Source of the DNA: an uncultured SAR86 cluster bacterium | Lineage (GTDB): Bacteria; Pseudomonadota; Gammaproteobacteria; Magnimaribacterales; D2472 | DNA: 64,000 bases | Direction of reading: 5' to 3' | NCBI GenBank assembly: GCA_902547695.1 | Contig: CACCOR010000004.1 | Location: 21,381-85,380 of the forward strand | In this document: positions 1 to 8,774 of the stretch, piece after piece | Layout: each line of letters starts with the position of its first letter | How positions within the stretch are numbered: position 1 is the stretch's first letter | Translations under genes and position numbers: made by a program | Notes under the pieces: model-generated | The model's database searches: none | What the model was told of the DNA's origin: nothing | Seen by the model: only the letters and a program-made list of their open reading frames with translations

Positions 1-2
1 AG

Positions 3-443
3 AAAATTATGGATTGTCTTGCACCTAATGGACCGGTTTATCAGGCAGGCACTCTTTCCGGAAATCCCTTAGCAATGGCAGCAGGATCAACTTTAATTAA
101 ACTTTTAATAGATAAGAATCCATATAAAGATCTTGAAAGTAAAGCTAAAAATCTCTTAGAGGGTATGAAAGAAATTTTTGATAGATATGATATCCCATTC
201 TCTACAAATCAGATTGGCGGTATGTTTGGGTTCTTTTTTTCAGAAGAATTACCAAGCAATCTTGTGGATGTAGAAAATACTAATGACAAACAATTTAAGA
301 AGTTTCTAAATAAATGTATAGATAATGGAATTTACTTTGCTCCATCAAAGTTTGAAGCTGGTTTTATTTCAACAAAACATACTAAAACTGAAATAAGTAA
401 TACAATAAAAATTGTAGAAAAGATTTTAAAAGAAGGAATATAG
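3..443 (+). CDS. hemL: Glutamate-1-semialdehyde 2,1-aminomutase, C-terminal fragment (5' end lies upstream of the window)
   Basis: The frame is open from the window edge. 'PVYQAGTLSGNPLAMAAG' is the conserved HemL/class-III aminotransferase segment, and the tail 'GIYFAPSKFEAGFIS' fits HemL C-termini. Confidence 0.85.
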   Translation, partial: KIMDCLAPNGPVYQAGTLSGNPLAMAAGSTLIKLLIDKNPYKDLESKAKNLLEGMKEIFDRYDIPFSTNQIGGMFGFFFSEELPSNLVDVENTNDKQFKKFLNKCIDNGIYFAPSKFEAGFISTKHTKTEISNTIKIVEKILKEGI

Positions 444-444
444 A

Positions 445-1446
445 ATGAAATATGATATTAGTGCTCTTGGAAATGCTCTTGTAGATACTCAATATATGGT
501 CGATCATGATTTTTTAGATGAAATAGGTCTTGAGGCTGATTCAATGACTTTAGCTTCTGCTGAAGAACATAGTCCAATAATTGATAAGCTTGAGTCCATG
601 GGAGTCGAGTCAGTATCAGATTGTGGTGGTTCAGCAACAAATTCATTGGTAGCAGCATCATATTATGGTTCTAAATGTCATCATGTTTGTAGAGTTGCAA
701 ATGATGAGGATGGAAAAAAATATCTTGAAAGTCTCCAAAAAGCTGGAGTTCAGCATATTGGTTACAGCAAAGAAGATTCTGAGATGCCTACTGGAAAATG
801 TTTAATATTTGTTACTCCTGATGCAAAAAGAACTATGAGTAGCATGTTGGGTATCAGTGCTTATCTTGGTTCAAAAGATATTAATTATGATGCAATAAAT
901 AATTCAAAAATTTTTTACATAGAAGGTTATATGGTAACTAGCGATGAAAATTTTAGTGCTGTCACTTCTGTTCTAAATCATGTAAAAAATGAAAACACTA
1001 TAAAAGCACTATCCTTATCGGATGCGGGTATCGTTTTAGGATTTAGAGATAAATTTGCTGAAATAGAATCTTATGGGATTGATATGATATTTTGTAATGA
1101 TGATGAAGCAACTGCGTTTGCTGGCACAGAAAATTTAGATGATGCTATAAAATTTTTTAAAGAACAGTCATATATGATTGCTATTACAAAAGGAGCAGAA
1201 GGAAGTGTTGTCATAAATAATGGTCAAGAAATATTCTCTCCTGCTATGCCAATAACACCTGTAGATACAAATGGTGCAGGTGATATGTATGCTGGTTCTT
1301 TTATGCATGCTTATTTAAATGGCCTTGATTTATCTGAATGTGCAGAGTTCTCTAACTTTGCTTCATCAAAGATAGTTGAGACATTTGGGCCCAGGCTCAC
1401 CCCTGAAGGATACAAAGAAGTTTTAAATAAATTGAAAAAAAGCTAG
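445..1446 (+). CDS. PfkB/ribokinase-family kinase, adenosine-kinase-like
   Basis: 333 aa. It has the PfkB C-terminal signature 'DTNGAGDMYAGSF' and an N-terminal Gly-rich region 'ALGNALVD'. The substrate cannot be determined by eye. Confidence 0.7.
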   Translation: MKYDISALGNALVDTQYMVDHDFLDEIGLEADSMTLASAEEHSPIIDKLESMGVESVSDCGGSATNSLVAASYYGSKCHHVCRVANDEDGKKYLESLQKAGVQHIGYSKEDSEMPTGKCLIFVTPDAKRTMSSMLGISAYLGSKDINYDAINNSKIFYIEGYMVTSDENFSAVTSVLNHVKNENTIKALSLSDAGIVLGFRDKFAEIESYGIDMIFCNDDEATAFAGTENLDDAIKFFKEQSYMIAITKGAEGSVVINNGQEIFSPAMPITPVDTNGAGDMYAGSFMHAYLNGLDLSECAEFSNFASSKIVETFGPRLTPEGYKEVLNKLKKS

Positions 1447-1500
1447 CATATTTACCTCGTATCTGATATTTTCTCCACCCTAAAATTTTTTCATAAATGT

Positions 1501-2070
1501 ATGCCAGTAAAAAAAGTAACTAAATCTAAAAAGAAGCCTGCAAAGAAAGTAGCTGCTAAGTCTAGTGCAAAAAAATCAGCACCAAAAAAAGTTTCAAGAA
1601 TAAAAAAAACAACTCAGTCAAAAGTAGCAAAGGCTAAAATTACAGGAACTATTGCAAACAATAAATCAAAAATTGCGCCTTATAAAGCAAAGAAAAATGA
1701 AAAATACATGAGCGCTGCAATGAAAAGACACTTCATTGCTGTTTTACTTCTATGGAAAGAGCATCTCAAAGAAGAAATGCAAAAAACTTTTGATCATCTT
1801 AAGACTAAAGGTGAAACCTATGCCGATCCAGTGGATAGAGCATCTCAAGAAGAAGAATTTGCATTTGAACTTAGAACAAGAGATAGAGAAAGAAAATTAA
1901 CTAATAAGATTGCTATATCTATAGAAAAGATTAAACAAGACGATTACGGATGGTGTGAATCTTGTGGGGATGAGATTGGCATTAAAAGATTAGAAGCCAG
2001 GCCAACTGCTACACACTGTATCCATTGCAAGACTTTAGATGAAATTAAAGAGAAACAGCTTAGCGGATAA
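1501..2070 (+). CDS. dksA: RNA polymerase-binding transcription factor DksA with an extra Lys/Ala-rich N-terminal tail
   Basis: The C-terminal ~130 aa match remembered E. coli DksA: coiled-coil tip 'DPVDRASQEEEFAFELRTRDRERKL' and 4-Cys zinc finger 'CESCGDEIGIKRLEARPTATHCIHC'. The first ~55 aa are KKxAKK-type repeats. Confidence 0.9.
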   Translation: MPVKKVTKSKKKPAKKVAAKSSAKKSAPKKVSRIKKTTQSKVAKAKITGTIANNKSKIAPYKAKKNEKYMSAAMKRHFIAVLLLWKEHLKEEMQKTFDHLKTKGETYADPVDRASQEEEFAFELRTRDRERKLTNKIAISIEKIKQDDYGWCESCGDEIGIKRLEARPTATHCIHCKTLDEIKEKQLSG

Positions 2071-2097
2071 TTTTCAAGCTATTATCAAAAATCTACT

Positions 2098-3330
2098 TTG
2101 ATAAATAATAAAAAAATAAGTAAATTTGCAATCTCAATTATTGAGGATCTTCAAAAAAATAAATTCCAAGCTTATTTAGTTGGCGGTTGTGTAAGAGATC
2201 TTTTGTGCGGTCTTGATCCAAAAGATTTTGATATAGCAACAGATGCCACTCCTGAACAAGTTAGAAAAATATTTAAAGCCTCAAGAATAATTGGAAGAAG
2301 ATTCAAATTAGTTCATGTCTTCAACAGAACAGAGCTAATTGAAGTAGCTACCTTTAGATCTGGTGAAATTAACAGTAATGATGGTGAATTAGTTAAAGAC
2401 CAATCTGGAAAAATTATAAGAGATAACATTTGGGGCAATCTTGATCAAGACACATATCGAAGAGACTTTACCGTAAATGCTCTTTACTATTGTCCAAAAA
2501 CAAAGAAAATCATCGGCCATAAAGATGGCATGAGTGATATTCACAAAAAAAGTATTGTCTCAATAGGAGATCCTAAAAAAAGATTTTCTGAAGATCCTGT
2601 GAGAAGTTTGAGAGCTATAAGATTTAGCAATAAACTTAAATTTAAAATTGATACAAAGATTAAGGATGCCATCTATGAAAAAGGTCATCTTTTATCAAGC
2701 ATATCTAATGCAAGAATATTTGATGAATTTTGCAAAATGTTTCTCAATGGGATGGCTGAAAAAAACTTCAATAAACTCAATTCATTTGGGTTAAGTAAAT
2801 TTTTAATAACAACTGAACCTGATCAAAATGAATTTACAAGCAAGTTAATAACAGAAGCTTTGCGAAATACTGATAAAAGATTGATAAATAATCAATCTGT
2901 AACTCCTGGATTTTTATTAGCAGCACTTCTTTGGCCGCAACTCATAGAAAAATGTTCAAAAAAGGGGGAAATTAATCTTAGAAAATTTTTTAGATCGATG
3001 GATCCAATTTTAAGGAGCCAGCAAAGAATTACAGCAATCCCAAGAAAATTTCATTCTTATATTAAGGATATTTGGGTTTTACAATTAAAACTTCATAGCA
3101 GAATTGGTAAACAGCCATATAAAACACTTAAACACCCAAGATTTAGAGCTGCATATGATTTCATGTTAATTAGAGAGAAATCTTCGGGTGAAACTAAGAG
3201 TCTTGGCAAATGGTGGACAAATTTTCAAAAAAATGACGAAAATCTTAAAAAATCTCTAATAGGTTCTCTTAAAGAAAAAAGCCAACAAGAATCATTTAAA
3301 ACATTTGGTTTCTCACAAGAGTTAAGATAA
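2098..3330 (+). CDS. pcnB: Poly(A) polymerase I
   Basis: It has the nucleotidyltransferase head 'GGCVRDLLCGLDPKDFDIAT' and 'RRDFTVNALYY', and lies downstream of dksA as in E. coli. The ORF opens with TTG, so the exact start is uncertain. Confidence 0.85.
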   Translation: MINNKKISKFAISIIEDLQKNKFQAYLVGGCVRDLLCGLDPKDFDIATDATPEQVRKIFKASRIIGRRFKLVHVFNRTELIEVATFRSGEINSNDGELVKDQSGKIIRDNIWGNLDQDTYRRDFTVNALYYCPKTKKIIGHKDGMSDIHKKSIVSIGDPKKRFSEDPVRSLRAIRFSNKLKFKIDTKIKDAIYEKGHLLSSISNARIFDEFCKMFLNGMAEKNFNKLNSFGLSKFLITTEPDQNEFTSKLITEALRNTDKRLINNQSVTPGFLLAALLWPQLIEKCSKKGEINLRKFFRSMDPILRSQQRITAIPRKFHSYIKDIWVLQLKLHSRIGKQPYKTLKHPRFRAAYDFMLIREKSSGETKSLGKWWTNFQKNDENLKKSLIGSLKEKSQQESFKTFGFSQELR

Positions 3331-3357
3331 TCTATGTATTAAAATATAATTATTTTA

Positions 3358-4023
3358 ATGAAGCCGGCTTTAAACGAAATACCTTTACCAAAATATATTG
3401 CTATTGAAGGACCAATTGGTGTTGGCAAAACCACACTCGCAAATAAAATTGCTGAAACATTCAATTACGATGCATTTTTAGAACAACCTGCAGAAAATCC
3501 ATTTCTTAAAAACTTCTACAGAAACCCTAGTCAATCAGCATTAGCCACACAACTTTTTTTTCTTTTTCAAAGAATGCAACAAATACAAGATCTTAAACAA
3601 AGGAGTTTGTTTGAAAATGTACGTGTAGCAGATTTTTTAATAGAAAAAGATAGGTTGTTTGCAGAGGTAACACTATCAAACGAAGAAATGAATCTTTATG
3701 ACAAGGTCTACGAGCACATAACACTTGATGCCCCTACTCCGGACTTAGTTATATATTTACAGGCACCAATTGAAATCTTAAAAGAAAGAATTACTAAAAG
3801 AGGTAATATAAATGAGCAGTACTTAACTTTGGACTATCTTGAAAGATTAAATGATGCATACTCTCGTTTTTTTCTTGACTATAAAGATGCTCCTTTGCTG
3901 ATTATTAATGCAGCCGATATCAACCTTGAATCAAATGAAAAAGATTATGAGACACTCATAACAATGATTATGTCTAATCCTAAAGGAAAGAATTTTGTGA
4001 ATCCACAGCCTTCAATAATTTAG
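3358..4023 (+). CDS. Deoxynucleoside kinase family protein
   Basis: 221 aa with P-loop '[13 protein letters not shown]' followed by '[13 protein letters not shown]', typical of the dNK/dCK/dGK family. Confidence 0.75.
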   Translation: MKPALNEIPLPKYIAIEGPIGVGKTTLANKIAETFNYDAFLEQPAENPFLKNFYRNPSQSALATQLFFLFQRMQQIQDLKQRSLFENVRVADFLIEKDRLFAEVTLSNEEMNLYDKVYEHITLDAPTPDLVIYLQAPIEILKERITKRGNINEQYLTLDYLERLNDAYSRFFLDYKDAPLLIINAADINLESNEKDYETLITMIMSNPKGKNFVNPQPSII

Positions 4024-4027
4024 TTTA

Positions 4028-5950
4028 ATGTCATCGAATTCAATTCAAGCAATTGCGTCTAATCCTTATATCAAAGATCTTGATGAATATAGAAAGTTAT
4101 ATGATGAATCAATAAATAATCCAAAAGATTTTTTTAAAAAAATGGCTACTGAAAATCTTTCATGGATAAAAGATTTTGATGAAGTTCATAACAGCAAGTT
4201 TGCAAATACAGAATGGTTTAAAAATGGAGAGATAAACGTTAGTGAAAATTGTCTAGATAGGCATCTAGAGGAGAGATCTGAAAAAACTGCTTTAATTTGG
4301 GAAGGAGATGAGCCTGGAGACTCTAAATCATATTCTTTTAAAGAGTTACATGAAGAAGTTTGTAAGTTTTCAAATGTATTAAAGAATCTTGAAATTACTA
4401 AAGGTTCAAGGGTTTGTATTTATATGCCTATGATTCCTGAGGCTGCATTTGCAATGTTAGCTTGCACAAGGATCGGAGCTATTCATTCAGTGGTTTTTGG
4501 TGGTTTTTCACCAGAATCTCTAAAAGATAGAATTTTAGATGCTGACTGCGAGATAGTAATCACAGCTGACGAAGGTGTTCGAGGAGGAAAAAAAGTTCCT
4601 TTAAAAGCGAATGTCGATGAGGCTTTAGAAAAATGTCCAAATGTAAAGAATACAATTGTTATCAAAAGAACAGGTGATCAAGTAAATTGGGTTGCCGATA
4701 GAGACTTATGGTATGAAGATCTTTCAAAAGATGTTGATTTGACATGCGAACCTGAACCGATGAATTCAGAAGACCCTCTATTTATTCTCTATACGTCTGG
4801 GTCTACAGGAAAACCTAAAGGAGTTCTTCACACAACAGCAGGTTATCTTCTTGGCGCACATATGAGTTTCAAATATTTGTTTGGTATAAATGAATCTGAT
4901 GTTTATTGGTGTACAGCCGATGTTGGTTGGATTACTGGACACACTTATATCTTGTACGGTCCTTTATCAAACGGAACAACAACAATAATGTTTGAAGGCG
5001 TCCCAACTTATCCAAGCTCATCGAGATGTTGGGAGGTATGTGATAAATATAATGTAAATGTTTTTTACACAGCTCCAACAGCCATAAGAGCCTTAATGTC
5101 TCAAGGTGATGAACCCGTTCTTAAAACTAAAAGAGACTCTCTTAGAGTTCTTGGAACAGTGGGAGAACCAATTAATCCCGAAGCTTGGGATTGGTACTAT
5201 AAAGTTGTAGGGAATGGCTCGTGTGATGTTATTGATACTTGGTGGCAAACAGAAACAGGTTCAGTTTTAATATCGCCAATATCAGGTGTTACTCCGGTAA
5301 AACCTGGATCAGCAACATTGCCATTTTTTGGAGTAAAGCCAGCAATTTATGATGAAGAAGGCCAAGCATTAGAAGGCGCAGCCTCAGGTAATTTAGTTAT
5401 TGAATCCTCCTGGCCTAGTCAAATTAGAAGCGTCTATGGTGATCATGAAAGAATGATATCAACTTACTTTAAAACATATGAAGATATTTATTTTACTGGT
5501 GACGGAGCAAGACGAGATGAAGATGGGTATTTTTGGATAACAGGTAGAGTTGATGATGTTCTAAATGTTTCTGGCCACAGACTTGGAACAGCAGAGATTG
5601 AAAGTGCTTTAGTACTTCATGATTCTGTTGCAGAGGCAGCGGTGGTAGGATTTCAACATCCAATTAAGGGACAAGGTATCTATGCATTTGTTACCTTAAT
5701 GAAAGGTGAAGATTTTAATGATGCTCTTGAGCAGGAACTAACAAAATTTGTTTCAAAAGAGATAGGCCCTATTGCAAAACCTGACCTTATTCAAAACGCT
5801 CCTGGTCTTCCTAAAACAAGATCTGGAAAAATTATGAGAAGAATATTAAGAAAAATTGCTGAAGGTGATTTCGATAATCTTGGAGACACAACCACTCTTG
5901 CAGAGCCTGCTGTTGTTGCATCTTTGCTTGAAAATAGCAAAAAACTATGA
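4028..5950 (+). CDS. acs: Acetyl-CoA synthetase
   Basis: 640 aa with AMP-binding motif '[11 protein letters not shown]', plus 'WWQTETG' and the C-terminal '[18 protein letters not shown]'. Confidence 0.95.
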   Translation: MSSNSIQAIASNPYIKDLDEYRKLYDESINNPKDFFKKMATENLSWIKDFDEVHNSKFANTEWFKNGEINVSENCLDRHLEERSEKTALIWEGDEPGDSKSYSFKELHEEVCKFSNVLKNLEITKGSRVCIYMPMIPEAAFAMLACTRIGAIHSVVFGGFSPESLKDRILDADCEIVITADEGVRGGKKVPLKANVDEALEKCPNVKNTIVIKRTGDQVNWVADRDLWYEDLSKDVDLTCEPEPMNSEDPLFILYTSGSTGKPKGVLHTTAGYLLGAHMSFKYLFGINESDVYWCTADVGWITGHTYILYGPLSNGTTTIMFEGVPTYPSSSRCWEVCDKYNVNVFYTAPTAIRALMSQGDEPVLKTKRDSLRVLGTVGEPINPEAWDWYYKVVGNGSCDVIDTWWQTETGSVLISPISGVTPVKPGSATLPFFGVKPAIYDEEGQALEGAASGNLVIESSWPSQIRSVYGDHERMISTYFKTYEDIYFTGDGARRDEDGYFWITGRVDDVLNVSGHRLGTAEIESALVLHDSVAEAAVVGFQHPIKGQGIYAFVTLMKGEDFNDALEQELTKFVSKEIGPIAKPDLIQNAPGLPKTRSGKIMRRILRKIAEGDFDNLGDTTTLAEPAVVASLLENSKKL

Positions 5951-6273
5951 AGAGATTGATTCCAGTTTTAATTCTATTTGGCTGCAATATTAATCAGAAT
6001 TATGACAAATCGTTGTTGCCTGATGCAGATCCTTCATTATTGAGCAAAGTTAATTCAAGAGGGTTGATAACATGCATGCAAATACCTGTTCCTCAGCCAC
6101 CTATACCAATAAACAAAGATCATAAAATACCGCAAACAGAAGTTTACGATTCTAATGATTGTATAGACAGTGAAATGGCTAAAGTAGAATCAAAAAAAAT
6201 TAATAGTGAAAGGAAAGAAAAGAAAGAATTTAATCTTGAGATTGATCTAGAAGATCAAGATGATAAAGAATAA
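5947..6273 (+). CDS. Hypothetical small lipoprotein
   Basis: It has a signal peptide with lipobox 'LILFGC' and an acidic/Lys-rich C-terminus. Its start overlaps the acs stop as ATGA. I recognise no family. Confidence 0.45.
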   Translation: MKRLIPVLILFGCNINQNYDKSLLPDADPSLLSKVNSRGLITCMQIPVPQPPIPINKDHKIPQTEVYDSNDCIDSEMAKVESKKINSERKEKKEFNLEIDLEDQDDKE

Positions 6274-7058
6274 TTGCCCTGATTTTTATTTAATCTTCCC
6301 TCTTCTTCAAGTTTGATTAAATGTGCTAACAAGCTCATCTTAGCAATAGGATGAAGCATTTCAGGCACATCATCATATACTGATAGCAACAGTTCATCGA
6401 TATTTGAATTATTTTTATCTTCAATGCATCTAATAACCTTAGACTCTCTTGAAAGCCTATGTCGAATAATTGACTGAATTGTTTTTGAAGGTTCCTCCAT
6501 AAAATTACCATGCCCAGGAGCAAAGTAATCAATATCATAATTTTCGAGCAATTTTAAAGAGTCGATATATTCAGTCATGTTTCCATCTGGAGGAGCTATT
6601 ACTACAGTTGATCCATCCATAATATGGTCGCCTGTTAATAGACATTTAATATCCTTCATATAAAAACATAAATGATTGGATGCATGACCAGGAGTATGAA
6701 TAGTCTCAAGGGAATATTCGTTTGTTGAAATAGTATCACCATGATTTAAGACGATGTCAGGAACAAATGTTTCGTCTTCCCATTCAGAATCTCTATCAAC
6801 TAATCGCCCAAACATAGGAATATTTAATTTTTTTGAAATTGGCAATGCTGCTGGTGAGTGATCCTTATGAGTATGTGTAACCAAAATTCTTTTAATCTTA
6901 TCCCCGCCTAGTGACAAAATTTTCTCTATATGTTCAGCATCATTTGGGCCAGGATCAATTAAGGTAATATCATCACTTCCAATTAAATATGTATTTGTTC
7001 CATTACCAGTAAATACTCCGCCATTGTTTGCAGTAATTTTCTTTATTAGCTTATGCAT
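6255..7058 (-). CDS. MBL-fold metallo-hydrolase (glyoxalase II / LACTB2-like)
   Basis: It has the 'THTHKDHSPA' HxHxDH zinc motif, with a later 'HTPGH' and 'GDH'. A C-terminal helical extension follows. Confidence 0.8.
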   Translation of the reverse strand: MHKLIKKITANNGGVFTGNGTNTYLIGSDDITLIDPGPNDAEHIEKILSLGGDKIKRILVTHTHKDHSPAALPISKKLNIPMFGRLVDRDSEWEDETFVPDIVLNHGDTISTNEYSLETIHTPGHASNHLCFYMKDIKCLLTGDHIMDGSTVVIAPPDGNMTEYIDSLKLLENYDIDYFAPGHGNFMEEPSKTIQSIIRHRLSRESKVIRCIEDKNNSNIDELLLSVYDDVPEMLHPIAKMSLLAHLIKLEEEGRLNKNQGNYSLSS

Positions 7059-7849
7059 TAATGATCCTCATAACCCTCATCGCCTGGATACAAAACATTC
7101 CATGTTCCATTTTCTTTATAAAACTTCGGTAGTATAGGCTTGATATCATTTTTCGTTAAATTTTTTTGGTTTTCAAGCATTTCTCTTGCAGAAGTAAAAT
7201 TTGAACATAATTTTAGATTTTCTGTAGTGGGCAAAATCATCTGCATGTCACCTTCCATTGCTTTTTTTAGTGCGTTATTTGGATTTATCCATAAGCTATG
7301 AGTTAATTCCATACCATCGTGCTGAACAATTTGATTTTCAGGCAAATATGCAATAAAAAATCTTGTGTCAAAACGTTTTATTTCAAAATCAGGCGTAATC
7401 CAATGAGATAATGGTGCAATATTTTTAGCAGTTAGAATTAGCTCTTCTTTCTTACAAATTTCTAAAAAAGATATCTCATGATTGATTAGATCGATTCTAT
7501 ATTTGTCAAACTTATTTTTATCCTTGCCTTTTAAGTCTAATTTTTCTCCAGACTTTCTTTTTGCTAATAATATTCCGACCTCTTCAAAGCTCTCTCTTAT
7601 ACAAGCAATCCAGTAACTCAAACCGCTCTCGTTTAGACCAAGAATTTCAGAAGCTGTAGAATCGTTATATCCATCACAGTATGATTTCCATTCTTTTTGA
7701 AGGTCATCTTCATCAATCTTTCCACCAGGAAAAACATATAAGTTTCCAAAAGGTGACTTTTTAGATCTTTTTACCATTAAGACCTCAATTCCCTCTTTCG
7801 AGTCCCTTAAAACAAGAACAGTTGCAGCAGGAGTTAAATTTTTATTCAT
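7058..7849 (-). CDS. Nudix hydrolase with an interrupted Nudix box (CoA-diphosphatase-like)
   Basis: 'FPGGKIDEDD' is separated by about 35 aa from 'RESFEEVGI', the REUxEExGU half of the Nudix box. A 'VKRSKKSPFGNLYVFPGG' segment resembles the NuCoA motif. Confidence 0.7.
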   Translation of the reverse strand: MNKNLTPAATVLVLRDSKEGIEVLMVKRSKKSPFGNLYVFPGGKIDEDDLQKEWKSYCDGYNDSTASEILGLNESGLSYWIACIRESFEEVGILLAKRKSGEKLDLKGKDKNKFDKYRIDLINHEISFLEICKKEELILTAKNIAPLSHWITPDFEIKRFDTRFFIAYLPENQIVQHDGMELTHSLWINPNNALKKAMEGDMQMILPTTENLKLCSNFTSAREMLENQKNLTKNDIKPILPKFYKENGTWNVLYPGDEGYEDH

Positions 7850-7881
7850 ATATTTAATTGATATGGCTTAGAATACTGCTT

Positions 7882-8772
7882 ATGAGAATCACTGACAATC
7901 TAATTAAAGATATAGCAAATGCTCCTGAATGGTTTTTTGAAGCCATTAAAGTGGAGCCAAAAGAATGCGAAATTGAAAATCCAAAAGGAAACCTCTCTTA
8001 TTCAAAATGGGATTGTGATTCAGAAAGTAAAAACCTGCTTATATTTATCCATGGAACTGGAGCACATAAAAAATGGTGGTATCCAATAGCTCCACATTTT
8101 ACAGAAAATACTAATGTGATCGCGGTTGATCTTCCAGGCATGGGTGATTCAGGTTTTAGAGATAAATACAGCATCAAAGATTTTGGTCAATGTATTATTT
8201 CAATTATTAAAAAAGAAAAATCAGCTAAGCCCATTGATAACGTCTTCATTGTCGGACATTCTCTAGGCGGTCAAGTTGCAGCATATGTCGCCTCTGAAAA
8301 AAAAGAACTTGTTTCTAGCTTAATAATGATCGATACCTTTATAAGGCCACCCGACTGGGATCCTTCGCAACATGAGGGCGGTCCTCTTAGAATGATCAAA
8401 TATTATCCAGATAAAGCTACTATTTTAAAAAGGTTTAGGCTTTTACCTGAACAGGAATGTCTAAATGATTGGTTTGTTAGATACATAGCAGAACATTCTG
8501 TTCGAAAAACTGATGAAGGATGGCGATGGAAGTTTGATGATTCTATGTTTAATAGCTTGGAAAGATTGTTTGGTTATCAATTTTCATTTGGATGCCCTGC
8601 TCTATTTATTCATGGTGCAAATAGTTTACTCATGTTAGGTAATATCCTTGGCAACATAAAAAATATGTATTCAGATATCATGGAATTTGAAGAAATTCCT
8701 GGTGCAGCCCATCATGTCCCTCTCGATAAACCCTTGGAAATAGTTGATATAATTAAAAATCGTTTATTTTAA
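7882..8772 (+). CDS. Alpha/beta-fold hydrolase
   Basis: It has the nucleophile elbow 'GHSLGG', the 'IHGTGAHKKWW' oxyanion region and a C-terminal 'GAAHHVPLD' His. I prefer ATG 7882 to the TTG at 7858 in the ORF track. Confidence 0.75.
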   Translation: MRITDNLIKDIANAPEWFFEAIKVEPKECEIENPKGNLSYSKWDCDSESKNLLIFIHGTGAHKKWWYPIAPHFTENTNVIAVDLPGMGDSGFRDKYSIKDFGQCIISIIKKEKSAKPIDNVFIVGHSLGGQVAAYVASEKKELVSSLIMIDTFIRPPDWDPSQHEGGPLRMIKYYPDKATILKRFRLLPEQECLNDWFVRYIAEHSVRKTDEGWRWKFDDSMFNSLERLFGYQFSFGCPALFIHGANSLLMLGNILGNIKNMYSDIMEFEEIPGAAHHVPLDKPLEIVDIIKNRLF

Positions 8773-8774
8773 AT

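Noticed and set aside
1501-1680. Poly-A runs (A7-A8) in the 5' part of dksA as programmed frameshift or slippage sites, or as a sign of a pseudogene.
   Set aside because: The frame is continuous from ATG 1501 through the conserved DksA body. The A-runs are simply Lys (AAA/AAG) codons of the Lys-rich tail.
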